Assembly (NCBI GenBank): GCA_028023455.1
Contig: JAQFVV010000003.1
Location: forward strand, 29,636,001 to 29,700,000
Reading direction: 5' to 3'
DNA: 64,000 nt
Source of the DNA: Epiperipatus broadwayi
Taxonomy: Eukaryota; Animalia; Onychophora
The position numbers were made by a program, and so were the translations under genes. Below are positions 50,860 through 63,800 of the stretch, piece by piece; positions within the stretch are counted from its first letter, which is position 1, and every line of letters begins with the position of its first letter. The notes beneath the pieces are model-generated. The model was not told the DNA's origin. It did no database searches and saw nothing but the letters and a program-made list of their open reading frames with translations.

Positions 50860-53299
50860 TTGGGGAGGGATTCCTGACAGAGATATTTTAAGTGCTATTT
50901 TAAGTGCTGGCTCTGGCTAGGCATTTATCATAAAGCTTGTAGAGGAATTGGCAATCCTCACTGTTTATAACAGTAAATTTTTTATGTGTTTGTTTACATT
51001 TACCAGCATCATTATTATTCCTTTTATATTGATAGAATTCTCATTTATGTCTGTCGCAACTAATTTTGCCTTTTTTAATTTGTTATTTTATTGTTCCATT
51101 TTCTATTAATGGCTATCCAATCCTTAAAAAAGTAAAGAAAGTTGAAAATATATCGAATTTACTAGATATTACAATTTGTAATCAAATCACAAAAATGGAA
51201 ATTGGTAGTGGCACAGATGTATCACTCATATCTTTTAACATTTCACAGCATTCATAACAACTCCTCATCTCAATTTACTATTTGCAGATAAATCAGGTTT
51301 AGTCATTTATTGTTTGTTTGTGCAAACCTTTAACAAATGAGCTATCAATTCATAATTATAATACTTGTATTTCTTGAATTTACACATTTTTTTCTATGTG
51401 TTTTTTCTTTCCGCAGCAGGTGGGTTTCTGTTTAGTATTCTCTATCATCTGTGCTTTCACCTTGTTTATACATGTGCTTAGAATAACTTCATTTGCCATA
51501 TTTTTAAATTCTAGTGCATGTTTTAGGATACTTTTGTTTACTATTCCTGAATGAATGGCAGCAGTACAATTTAGTGAAAACTCACTTAGCAATATTTGTC
51601 TAAATTTTTTCTCACATGCTCCATAACAACTGAACTAATATCATTCCCTCTAAGTAATCTCTATATTTGCATTCCTTTGATAATTCTCACAGCACTATAT
51701 CATATCTAAATTTCTTCTCACATGCTCCCTAACAACTGAACTAATATCATTTCCTCTAAGTAATCTCTATATTTGCATTCCTTTGATAATTCTCGCAGCA
51801 CTATATCATATTCCTGTATGTTTTCATTTGGTGACAGCATTTTGTTTCATAAACGAAAATGCGCTATGTATTTCAAGGTGATTGGTTTGAAATATGAATT
51901 TAACTTTTGCAGCATTTCTTCGTATCAAATATCTTCAGAAATTTTTAGGTCGCAGAGATGATTTGTTAATCGCAGCACATCCTTTCCTGACATAATGTTA
52001 TTAATTATCTTGTATCTTTCAACAAGACTAACAAATATTTGCCATTGCCCTGAACTGCTTATGTTAAAAGGCATTATTGACTCCTCTGCATTGCCATGTT
52101 CTATGTCCACATTACTAACTGATGCTTAACACCAGAGTTGATCTAGGGAGCTGGACACTCATTTTATTATTTTGGAAATAATACACAAAGAAAAAAGTTT
52201 AACTTAGCAACAAGTTTATTTCTCAGAATAAATAATATTAATAGCTTGTTGCACTCATTTTATTATTTTGGAAGTAATACATAAAGAAAAAAATTTAACT
52301 TAGTAACAAGTTTATTACTCGGAATAAATAATATTAATAACTTGTATTTTCAATTAGCAGCTTGCTGATTGAATTCTGTAAATTAAATCAGTCTTGATTA
52401 TGTATGCACAGTTTTTTATAGTGTCGAACTATAATGCTGCATTTTCTTATTACAGTCCTTTATTACACTTTGTTATCTTCAGCATATTTCACTGCTCACT
52501 GTTTTTGCAAGCATCTTACTGTTCATATTACATTTAACAGTGAACTGCTCTCTGGATATGTTCTTAACATTCTGCTGACATTTTAGATAGACCTTTTTGT
52601 TTTTTAGATATAATTGCATAAAACAATTTTATTATTATCTCCATACAAATTAGCACTTTCCAGGTTATTTTGATATTTGTATAACTTAATTTATTATGCA
52701 TCTTAACTATTTCTAGAGTGACTTATTATATTTTATATTGGCTAATTTTACATGCACACATGTAATTTTATTTATTATTATTATTACACACTTTAGTCAA
52801 TATACAGCAGTTTTATATGAAGAGGAAAAAATGACTAAAGCTTTTAAAAAAGTAGTTGCGGAAAAAAATGAAAAACATTGGTTAATAAGATTAGAAAAAC
52901 TGATAAGTGAAGAGAGATAAAGATGTGATTAACATATTATTTTTATTAAGTAAACAGGTTTGTGATTTTTATGTATAGAATAAAAAAAATTCATTATTAT
53001 TGTTGTGGAAAATTTAAGATATTTGAAATGAAAACTGTTATTAAAAACAATGTGTACTAAGTAGAACATTATTTTCCATTTTTAAGATGGTAGTTATTTG
53101 AATAGTTTATAGGCAATTTCATTCACTAGGCATCAAGATGCAAAATATTTTAAATAAGAACTGATTTAAAAAAAAAACAAGAACCATATCTTCTGGTTTC
53201 TAGATTTAGTATGCTGGTAATTTTATTATTATTATCAAATCAAAATGATATACAACATTGTTTTGAATATAGCCTCAAGTGCTTTATCACTCAGTAATG

Positions 53300-53696
53300 G
53301 AAGAAAAATCTTCAGCAATTTTTAGCTTTAATGGTCATTAACTTACGGTCATAAATCAATTTAAATAATGCAAACTTTGGTATTGAGATGAAGTACTGAC
53401 TACAATGAGTTGCTATTGCATGTAATAATTTAAAAAGAGTATTTCAATTAAACTGATTAATAAGATTCTAAAAATATGACAATAAAATGCTTATTAGATA
53501 TAATCCTATCAAATCTTCTGTTTTAAAGACACATCATTGGATTGAGCATGTGAAGAGACCAAACAATAAAATTTCTAACCAGTATTTTATGGTAAACTTG
53601 AGGATTGTTGTCTTGGGAGACAGACCTCATTTACAGTATAGAGATTATTTCAAAAATATTCTAAAAAGGTACAACATTGAGAATTTTCATAGAAAG
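53300..53696 (+). mobile_element. RTE-clade 3' fragment interrupted by gypsy element 2 (appears to resume at ~60192-60260)
   Basis: HHWIEHVKRP...GDRPHLQYRDYFKNILKRYNI matches W.GHV.R...GRP...Y.D..K..LK. KIQWWSTIKQDVKAF follows 60192. Confidence 0.55.
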
Positions 53697-54318
53697 GGCT
53701 ATGTTCTGAGGATCTCTAAAGACCAGTCACACAGCATAATAAATTACACAGTATACAAACAATAGGTACATAATCGTGTTTATTAACATTTATTTAAGAT
53801 AGACATTAAACTAGAAAACATTTAGACATTTTGAGTTTAAACTTCATAACATATCAAATAATAACAATAAGAATAACCGCTATTGATTTATTAGGACGGA
53901 CTAACAGAATTCTAAAGTTTTACACTTTGTTCAGACCCTTTTTGTCCAATCTTAGAGTACTGCTTCTTCTGCCTTAGCACCAACTCCAACACATTCCGTC
54001 TCATTTCTGTGCAGGAGTAGCCTTCTCATGTCCTTATATCAGTTTTTTCTAATGCTGTCATTTGCATACACATATTTTGAAATATATTTTAGTTGCAGCG
54101 TTCTCTTTATTAGTTTTCTAGAATTTTAGGGAGTAATTATGAGTGAAAATAATTTGTCCATGTCTATCAATAAATACACTTTATTTATATGAAATTGCAT
54201 ATGCAGACATTCCATTCCTCCGCTTATTCTAAAAAATCACAAACTTACTAGCAGACTTAATCTTTTAAATTAAACAGATGATGGGTCAATTTGTGGGTTC
54301 TAGGAGTTATTATATCAA

Positions 54319-55857
54319 AACAGGCAAAACTCTCTACACATATTGCCACTCAGTGCAAGCCAGGGTGATCAATGGATGCCAGAAGGCTTGTGAATAAAAT
54401 CCCCATCTAGTGCCTTACTCATCCAATATCCCCAGACTAGTTTCAAGCTTATGGCCTTTGTCAGTGAGGAGCCTTGGATCTGAGAGCACTCTTAGGATCT
54501 AATGCAACCCTCCAGCAGCCACCTTTTATCTCTACTTAACTACAAAACTATAAGACTTAAATTGAAAACACTATAACATTTTCAATCCAAGCTCATCAAC
54601 TTATGTAGTTATACAGGTCTGAACTCAGTTCAGTACCTATATATTTTGGTGTCTTTGGTTCTTTAATAACCATAGCCACCATTATCCTATTAGGCAGGAT
54701 TGTTTTTAAGCCAATAAACATCACATGATCACCATTTCTTATGCTTGCTCTTAACTGTTATTAAAACAGGCAAAACTCTCTATACGTATTGCCACTCAGT
54801 GCAAGCCATAAGGCTTGTGCATAAAATCCCCATCTAGTACCTATTCATCCAATATCCCCAGACTAGTTTCTGGCTTGTGACTTCATCAGTGAGGAGCCTT
54901 GGATCTGAGAGCACTGCACCTAGATCTTAGGATACAATGCAACACTCCAGCAGCTACTTTTCATCTCTACTTAACTACAAAACTATGGGACTTAAATTGA
55001 AAACACTATAATATTTTCAATCCAAGCTCATCAACTTATATAGTCATATAGGTCTGAACTCAGTTCAGTACCTATAAATTTAGACGTCTTTGGTTCTTTA
55101 ATAACCATAACCACGACTATCCTATTAGGCAGGATGTACTGCCATTCAGTGCAAGCCAGAGTAATCAATGGATGCCAGAAGGCTTGTGCTCTCAGATCCA
55201 AGGCCCCTCACTGATGAAGGCCACAAGTCAGAAACTAGTCGGGGAATATTGGATGAGTAGGCACTAGATGGGGATTTTATGCACAAGCCTTCTGGCATTC
55301 ATTGATTACTCTGGTTTGCACTGAGTGGCAATACATATAGAAAATTTTGCCTGTTTTAATAACAGTTAAGAGCAAGCATAAGAAATGGTGATCATGTTAT
55401 GTTTATTGGCTTAAAACCAATCCTGCCTAATAGGATAGTGGTGGCTATGGTTATTAAAGAACCAAAGACACCAAAATATATAGGTACTGAATTGAGTTCA
55501 GACCTATATGACTATATAAGCTGATGAGCTTGGATTGAAAATATTATAGTGTTTCCAATTTAAGTCTCATAGTTTTGTAGTTAAGTAGAGATAAAAGGTG
55601 GCTGCTGGAGTGTTGCATTGGATCCTAAGATCTAGGTGCAGTGCTCTCAGATCCAAGGTTCCTCACTGACGAAGGTCACAAGCCAGAAACTAGTCTGGGG
55701 ATATTGGATGAGTAGGCACTAGATGGGGATTTTATGCACAAGCCTTCTGGCATCCATTGATTACTCTAGCTTGGACTGAGTGGCAATACGTATAGTGAAT
55801 TTTGCCTGTTTTAATAACAATTAAGAGCAAGCATAAAAAATGGTGATCATGTGATAA
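54319..55857. mobile_element. Family A retrozyme-like insertion (two forward and two inverted monomers, period ~446 bp), 12-bp TSD, nested in gypsy element 2
   Basis: TTATTATATCAA at 54307-54318 and 55858-55869. HHR motifs at 54429-54470(-), 54855-54895(-), ~55205-55245(+) and 55660-55701(+). Confidence 0.88.
55660..55701 (+). ncRNA. Minimal type-I hammerhead motif (family A)
   Basis: UCCUCA CUGACGA AGGU CACAA GCCA GAAAC UA GUC/UGGGGA. Confidence 0.7.
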
Positions 55858-58800
55858 TTATTATATCAATTTAATCTATTGGAGTAGTTAAACCTTGCTG
55901 CTGTTTATGTACAATCTCTTCTTTGTGTCAATACCTCTAAATCTAGATTGCTATCTGGATTATTCAATAATGTATTTCTTTTAATTATTTTATCTTCAAA
56001 CATTTTATTTTGATGAATGTCTGATAAAGTGTCCTCACAATGACAGTGGAGGTGATTAATATATTTTTTTAACTCCTCCCCATTCTGTAATTTTACTAAT
56101 CTCACTTGCTTCAACAACACTTCCATTATTATACCAGGCATACATCTACATTTTAGAAGATCACATATTCATACATTTTCACCTGCCAAAAAATTTATAA
56201 AATTTTGATTTTTCTTTCATTTATTAGTAGTGGGTAACAGTTTAGTGAAGTGAGAGTGGAAAGAGAGACACATCAGTAACTCTGTCAGTGTGTTATTTGT
56301 TGCAGGGCTAGGCATAAAATGCTGACTGTACATCGCTTCTACTAAAGTTTCTGATATACTTCTTATTTTAGTTTTTTTCCATTTTTTAAATGTTGCACAG
56401 CTTTTTCGGAAATTTCGTTACTTTCAGAATGATATGGCAGAGAAAGGATATGTTTAATTTCTTTGTTTTGCAAATATTTTTTACACTTTTACGATGTAAT
56501 ATGTGTAAAATCTGTCACTATCAATTCAGGGAATAATGTGTAGCAAATATTTCATTCAATGCTATTATTGTACACTCAGCATTTGTGCTCGTCACTAACA
56601 TATTTAGTCCATGGTGAATAAGCATCTACTAGTATTAATATAGTATGTCCATTTAATGGGCCAGAATGGTTTAGATGAATATGAGTCCAAAGAGTTGTAG
56701 ATTTTCCCTATAATTCAAATTGTTTACTGGCGATTTAGCAATTTCTTGACAGTTAGAGCACACTTTTGTCATTTACTCAATATAAATTAAGTTTGGCCAT
56801 CATATGTACAGCCAAGCTAAAGCTTTCAACCTGACAAATCTAGGATGGTCTTGATGTAGTAGATTCAGTATGGATGTTCTGCCCTTGGGAGGAAAGAGAT
56901 CGCATTCATTTCATTACAAACAAAAAACCCACCTTGCAAGTTCCAAATTGATTTATTAATTCCCATAGTACATGTCTTCGGCCAGCCAGATTTGATCCAT
57001 TTCATAAGTTGGGAATATCCCTTATCATGCCTGGTGTACTCAGCTATAACAGCGCAGTGTATACTTTCAGAGTTCAATGAGTCTATATAATTTATTTCTT
57101 CTATTAATATTCTTTTTCTTTATTGTTAGGTAATAGGGATAAAGGCTTTTCCTGGTTAATAAATCAAATTTATAGATAGAACATTAAACCAAGATAGCAT
57201 TTGCTGGCTTACATGTTGTGTAATTTTTTTTTCTGTGCCAAGAATACTCATTAAGGAGCGATAGTCTGTGAAAATTTTAAATCTCTGCCTGAAACCATAT
57301 TGGTGGAACTTCTTGATTGTGAAAACGACGGCCAGAGCCTCCTTATTTGACTATTTTTTTCTTCTGCTGAATCAAAACTCTGGAGGCATACGCAATTGGC
57401 CCTTCGCCTCCATAACATGAATGAGACATAACTGCTCTGATACCACATTTGGATGCGATTCTTATTATCACCTATAGATTGTTACGGTATTTCATCAATA
57501 ATTTTTCAGAGGTTAACAAGACCTTAGTATTCTTAAAACCTTGTTAGATTTGCTAGTACAATGTTGTTTCTTTTTGAGCAATTGGTATAATGGTAATAAA
57601 CAGCGTGATTTTTTTCTTCATAAAACTTTTGCAAAAGTTCAAAGTCCTCGCCTGCAGTTCTTTTACATTTTTAGGCTTCTTGGCATTTTTAATTGCTTTT
57701 ACTTTGTCAGGGTCTGGATATCAGCCATAGACATTTCTTATATGTCCTAGAAATTTTATTTCTTTTGTAGATCATATACATTTATTAGCTTTTACTTTGG
57801 CGTTTGCATTTTCTAGGTTTGAGCAAACTATGTCCACTTGCTTTTCTAATTCTGCTACTGTTGTTGCAGTAATCAAGATGTAATCTAGGTAGGGAACTAC
57901 GTCAATCATAGTTCTCCACTTTTGCCTGGAAAATGTTTAGTGCAATGAAAATATCATAAGATAATTTATTACATTTGTATAATCCCTTATGAGTGGTTAA
58001 GATTAACAGTTCTGCTGTTTTCTGTTACTGGTATCTGAAGGAAAGCAGTTCTTAGACTTATTTGCTCAAAGTAGTTAGCTTTCTATAATAGTGCCAATAC
58101 TTCACATACACTTGGAACTGAATATGACCCTTTGTTTATGAATTTATTCAAAGTAAATTTTATAATCTCAGCACAATCTCAAATGGGAACTATTGGTGTG
58201 GTCCACATGGAATCTTCAGTGGGTGTTAAAACTCCCTTAGAGACAATACCCAGTATTTTTTCAACTTCTTATCTCTTGAGGCAAAAGGTACTTTAGAGAC
58301 TTACATATGATCGGTTGCATGTCTTTCAGCAATTCAACATTCACTGGTCTTGTTCTTAGTTCTGCCGATCCAAATTTAAATAATTATGGATATTGCTTTC
58401 TCATAAGAGTTTTCACTTGAACTGTTTTTAATACGTTTATGTGTATACCCAGAGGTCCAAACCAGTTTCTTCCTAGCAGAGACTAAACTCTTTATTTACC
58501 ATGTGCAACATCAGCCTCACAGGAACTACAACTTTTCTGCAAATGTCGACTTTATTTCCATTAATGCCTATAGCCATCACATCAAACTTTTGTAGAATGA
58601 TTTTCTTTTTATGATTTTCACTAATTTTAATCCATTTTTTTATGCGACATCAGTGACAATCCGGTTCCACTGTCAACTTCGATTGCTATTTGTTTACTGC
58701 AGATCTCCACGCCTAATAATATGTGGTCCATTTTACTATCATTTAATGTTTTTATATTTGTTTTCCTATGCTCCATCTTTCCCCAAGATTTGTAGTCCGT

Positions 58801-60654
58801 TTTTTTCTTATTAGTAGCTCCACAATCTTTAAAATGACAGACAACTGCTAAATGTCCTTTAGAATCAGAATTTCTATAATTTTTCTCTTTATGCTTGCAA
58901 TAAATTTTTAAATGTCTGAACTTCCGACAGCAATAGCATGTTTGCTCATTTTTCTCTCTATTGGGAATCAAGAAATTTTTTTTTTTAAGATTTTCTTTAG
59001 TGATGGAAATTTTTTCTAACTGTTGAGGCAATTCATACTCAGAAGCATTGCTTAACATAGTGTCTTGGGCGACACACTTGTTCATTGCAAGTTTATAATT
59101 TAAATCAGGATTGCTCAGCAGTACTTTTCTAAAACTTTCATCTGTCATACTGTATAAAAATTGTTCCAGTAAAGAAACATTTACCTCCGATCCTAACTCG
59201 CAATCTTTAAATAACTTTCTCAAGGCAAGATCATAATCTCTATATTTTTCTTATGGTAATTGTTTCTGGTTTCTCAATCTCAGACACATTACCCACTTAA
59301 GATATTCTCGGGGCGAAATAGCCATTTAATTACTTCTATAACTTCTTTATATGGAAGTTCCTCAGGATGTTTAGGGTCAGTTAATTTATTCGCAAGCTGT
59401 ATAACATCTGAGCCTACAAAGTAAAGGGGTGTAGACACTTACTTTATTTAGGAATATGTAGTACTCTACATGTTTTATGTAACTCTTCCACAAGTCAATG
59501 TTATTTATATCAAATTCGTGAATCATAGAATTTAGTGCTGTCATTATTTATAGTAAAAGTTATCTTGTGTCATCTGCTAATTTTATCTCTTTCATTTCAT
59601 TGACTATATCTACTGTCAACTTGCACCACTCTGCTATGTTCTAAAGGTCTCTAAAGACCAGTCAGACAGCGATAATAAATTATGCAGTATACAAAGAACA
59701 TGTACATAATAGTGTTTATTAACATTTATTTAAGATTGACATTAAACTAAAAAACATTTAGTCATTTTGAATTTAAACTTCACAACATAACAAAGAGCAG
59801 ACATTTAAATTTACTTCTTAACATAACAAATAATAGCAAAAAGAATAACCGCTATTAATTCCTTTAGATGGTCTACTAGAGTTCTAAAGTAATACACTTT
59901 GTTTGGAACCATTTTGTTTAACCTCAGAATGCTGCTTCTTCTATCTTAGCATTATTAAATGATTCCAACACATTCAGTCTCATTTCTGCGAGTAGCTCTC
60001 TCATGTCCTTATATCAGTTTTTTCCAATGCTCTAATTTACAAACACTTCTCTTGTAATATATTTTAGCTGCAGTGCTCTCTTTATTAATTTTCTAGAATG
60101 TTTTTAGGAAATTATGAATGAAAGCAATTTGTGTGCATCAACCAATAAATACACTTTATTTATACTAAATTATATATATGCAGACATTCCAGAAAATATG
60201 AAAAATTGAGAAAATACAATGGTGGTCTACAATTAAACAAGATGTTAAAGCATTTCCATAGAATTAAAATTCATTAATGAAGAAGTTGAAAGACAGCATT
60301 GCAAGATGTCAAATAAACAAATTAAAGTATTGGTATGTGATGTATGTTAAATGTATTTGTGCTTTCAAGAATTGACTATATAGACATTACAAAACAGATT
60401 GACAATGTTTTGTTTTATTTTTTTTCTCTCTTCTGGAATTAGACATATTTATTTATGAATAGATGTAGTTGTTAATAATTTACAAATATGTCAAATATTG
60501 ATTTAACTTTTCAATTACAAATAAAAAAAATTTCTTATACATATTTACAAAATGTCATTTGCTCAACTAATGTTTGCTACTGACATATCTCTCTCAATAT
60601 ATGTGTGTATTTATGTATGGGATGCATGTAGAATATAAATAATTAGACAATTAC

Positions 60655-60857
60655 TTTTTTGTTCGTCCTGTTCTTGATGATTCTACCCGTTCTGATGTAG
60701 ATGATGATGATGAAGGAACTGAAGTCACTGTAGAATTAATAGTGGTTGAAGCACCATTTAAACTTTCTCGTCCAATTAATGCTCTAAAATCAGCATTGGC
60801 ATTCTTCATTACTTCAAAACTAGCTTTGAGGCTTGCTGTCCTCCTTCCCTGCTGCAT
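60655..60857 (-). CDS. ING3: ING3 internal coding exon (MQQGRRTASLKASFEVMK...RTGRTK)
   Basis: GRRT.SLKAS.E is an ING3 motif. Acceptor tttgaatacag, donor gtaatt at 60654, and phase 2 matches the exon at 46862. Upstream exons were not found in the window. Confidence 0.88.
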
Positions 60858-63800
60858 CTGTATTCAAAATTAATTGTTACATAGAATATGTAAAAAAAAA
60901 TAATAGCAATAATAGACTATCTTTTACAAAAAAAAAAACAAAAAAAAAAAAACAACAGAAACAATTTGTTTGCTTTAAACACTGTTTTATCATAGCATTA
61001 AGATAAAGATTTTTTGTGGAATAGTCATTACATTGTTATGATAACTATTACAATTTATACATTTATAATGCCATATAACTATTTGTGTAAATAGAAAATT
61101 ATATTTTAAAAGTTTTTAGTTCAGTTCAAATTAGAAGACTATAAGACATTAATAATTTGTTGCTAATGTTTAAGCAATATTTCAAAGTCCACGTAATAGA
61201 TTTTTTTACTGACTGATACTTATAGTAATTAAATAAGCCATGCGCATATGTGTTCACTTTTTTTTCTCATTTCTCCCTAATGCATTAATCATGAAGATTT
61301 AAGTGTTTTATTGAATATATTTAAATCTTTTCATTATTTTAGCTTTAATGATATGTGAGTCAATTTGTTTGACATCACAGAGTATTTTTAGAAATTAATA
61401 TACTTTATATATATATATATATAATAAAAAGGATGAATCATTTACAATCATATAAATAAAAAAATTAATAAAGTAAATAAATGTTAAATATAGAGAACTT
61501 TATCTAAATAAGCCTACAATAAGTTACATTTATAAATTATTAAACAAATAATCCACTTTTACTATGAATAAATTATAGCCTATCACAGTTAAGGGGTTCT
61601 TTATTGCTTGCGGTTCCATTCTGCAATATATTTAAACCTAGTGAATTTCTTGTGTGAATTGAGACCAATAAAACTTCAGCCTTTGGGAAAATCTATTGCT
61701 TGTTTTTGGATTATGTTAAAAGCAAATTAGTTTTATGCTAAACATGAGACTCTGTGGGCTTCTCTTTCTGTTATGGGTAGACATTTTTATCATTAAAAGT
61801 TGACTTCTATACAACAACAACAACAAAAAAATGTTTTACCTATGTTATAGAGATCAAGCATTCCTTGGATAATAATTATCTTTAAATTTCCTATACAGAT
61901 AAAATATTTCTTAACCGCCTTTTAAATTTTATTTTAAAAAAGGTTATTTTGTTTTATTTTTTTTCACTAATGTTTTAATGTTAAAATATATTAATGCTGT
62001 GAAACATTATTTTCTTGTATTAGAAAGCATTTTTATTATTGATGTAAATTTAATACCTTCTAATATTAACAATCCAAAGCTATTAGACTTTGACATAATT
62101 TACTCCTTTCAATAAAACACTATTTTTTTTTACTGTATATTATTCCTGTTAAATCTGAAAATAAGTATCATAATAAAATATATAGGTTTCTTAATTATTA
62201 AAATAAAAGTTATTTAATATTAATATATGAATAATGTGTAAGTATACATGCACGTTTATAAAAAAGGATTTGATTCATTAGTTAATATCTTTAGAAATGA
62301 ATAATTCTATTATTTAGATATGTGAAAAAAGTATTATAAGTTATTAATTTGGAAAAGTCTCAAAGATATTTAAAATATACGGAACTGCATATAATCCCAT
62401 CTTAATTAAATGCCATTAAGGTTAAAGAAAAAGAAAACATTAAATGAGGAGAATCCATTATAATTAATTTCTGAATGAGAAGAAATAATTTATATTTTAT
62501 TGTCAGTTGTAAGCACTTAGAATTAATCATAATTGAATACTAGCAGAATGATTTAAAAGGTTAAATACTGAGTTATACAGGTGTTTATATTATAGAATAA
62601 TATTAATTATAATGTAGATATTTATCAATAAATATTACTGAATATGGATACCATAAACAATGTTCATTTCATAAGAGTTTAAAGATAATTTATTGTAGAT
62701 ATATTTTACTATGGAGAATTAAAGTAGCCCTGTACCATAAACCATGAGATAATGAATTTATAAGTACTGTAGTATTTAGAAAATAATTTATTAATATTTT
62801 GCCAGATGTAGTTAATGTAACCTTGTTGTACATGACCTTGAACATACTTTTGAGGTTATATTATGTATCATGGCTTAAATGTTGAACAAAGATTATCAAA
62901 AATTTTCCTATGTTTTTGAAGAATTTATAATGTTGTTGGATGACATGATGATATCTACTTCTTAGTCATTTTATTAATTAATTCTATCTGTGAAGTATTT
63001 CAACTCCGATATATTTAAATTTTGTTGAACAATGTAGGCAATATAGTCAATATGATGATTTTTCAGCACTTGATTAGTATGATGAAGATTTAAAGTTATG
63101 AATTTTATTAAATTGAGCTCAATGGCCAATAATTTATGCAGTATTGAAAAAAAAATTACTTCCAAAATATACTTGTAAGTGTAAAATTTAAGAGTAAGTG
63201 TAATGAGTTCTCAACATTGCTAGTGTTACATTAGAGTCAAAATAATAATAATAATTATTATTATTGTAATAATTGACATTGGTTTTATTATTTATTTAGA
63301 TACGATTAAAAACAACATAGAATTTAAACTGATAAGTGAATTATTTAAAAAAGAAGTAATAAATAATATTGGGTATAATATAAGAAGTCAAATTTATTTA
63401 AAACAGTTAAAAATAATCTTTTGGATAATTATTAATAGATTTTTGTGTATAAAATTGAAATGCAATATATTGATTAAATAATCAACCAATAATGGAATTG
63501 TATATAGCTTGTATATGATAAATCTATTATTATATTTGTTAAAATAATATCTTTTTTAGATATTTTCTAGTAGTGGTTTCATTCAATACGGAAACCAGAA
63601 AAGTTCAAGACTTACTGGCCTATAATGGAAATAACTAGCATGATGTAATGGTCGAGATGAAAAAGAAGATGCAAAAAGATGAACTGGGAGAAATAAAAAT
63701 CCTTTTCAGAAAATAGTTTTATAATTTTGTTATAGTTTTGACAAAGAAAATTGTTGTTCTTATTTTATGGAATAAAAACTGAAACTCAAAACATAAGGAC

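Larger units (their letters stand above)
50586..50965. mobile_element. Family B inverted-arm insertion with two canonical hammerhead motifs, 13-bp TSD; empty site visible in the duplicate copy
   Basis: TATAACAGTAAAT at 50573-50585 and 50966-50978, but a single copy at 49041-49053 in the duplicated segment. Arms are near-perfect. Confidence 0.9.
48050..51208 (-). repeat. Tandem duplication of the integrase region of gypsy element 1 (copy 1 ~48050-49280; copy 2 ~49280-51208)
   Basis: ORFs 48143-48334 and 49365-49556 are near-identical. Copy 2 has an extra ~220 bp and the family B insertion. Confidence 0.85.
47013..52806 (-). mobile_element. Decayed Ty3/gypsy (Mag-like) LTR retrotransposon 1 in the ING3 intron
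   Basis: Diverged LTRs at ~47013-47564 and ~52152-52806. TSD GCAGC/GCAGT. PPT-like GAAGGGGAAG next to the 3' LTR. gag traces at ~51380-52110, a WIKQGWP motif, and integrase traces (KLFATHEYP...GIQ...SNRLA...KKTPGELL). Confidence 0.85.
53697..60191 (-). mobile_element. Decayed Ty3/gypsy (Mag-like) LTR retrotransposon 2 in the ING3 intron
   Basis: Diverged LTRs at ~53697-54214 and ~59632-60191. TSD GAAAG/GAAAA. PPT AAGCGGAGGAA. gag zinc knuckle and protease IEVDSGT in ORF 58627-59223. RT traces (WTTPIVP...AFLQIP...THKGLY...PYLDY) and WIKSGWP. Confidence 0.88.

Noticed and set aside
59626-59636. TAGCAGAGTGG as an initiator-Met tRNA primer-binding site for gypsy element 2
   Set aside because: It depends on LTR limits 53702/59637, which give no TSD. 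The wider limits give GAAAG/GAAAA and absorb part of this motif, so the PBS is unresolved.
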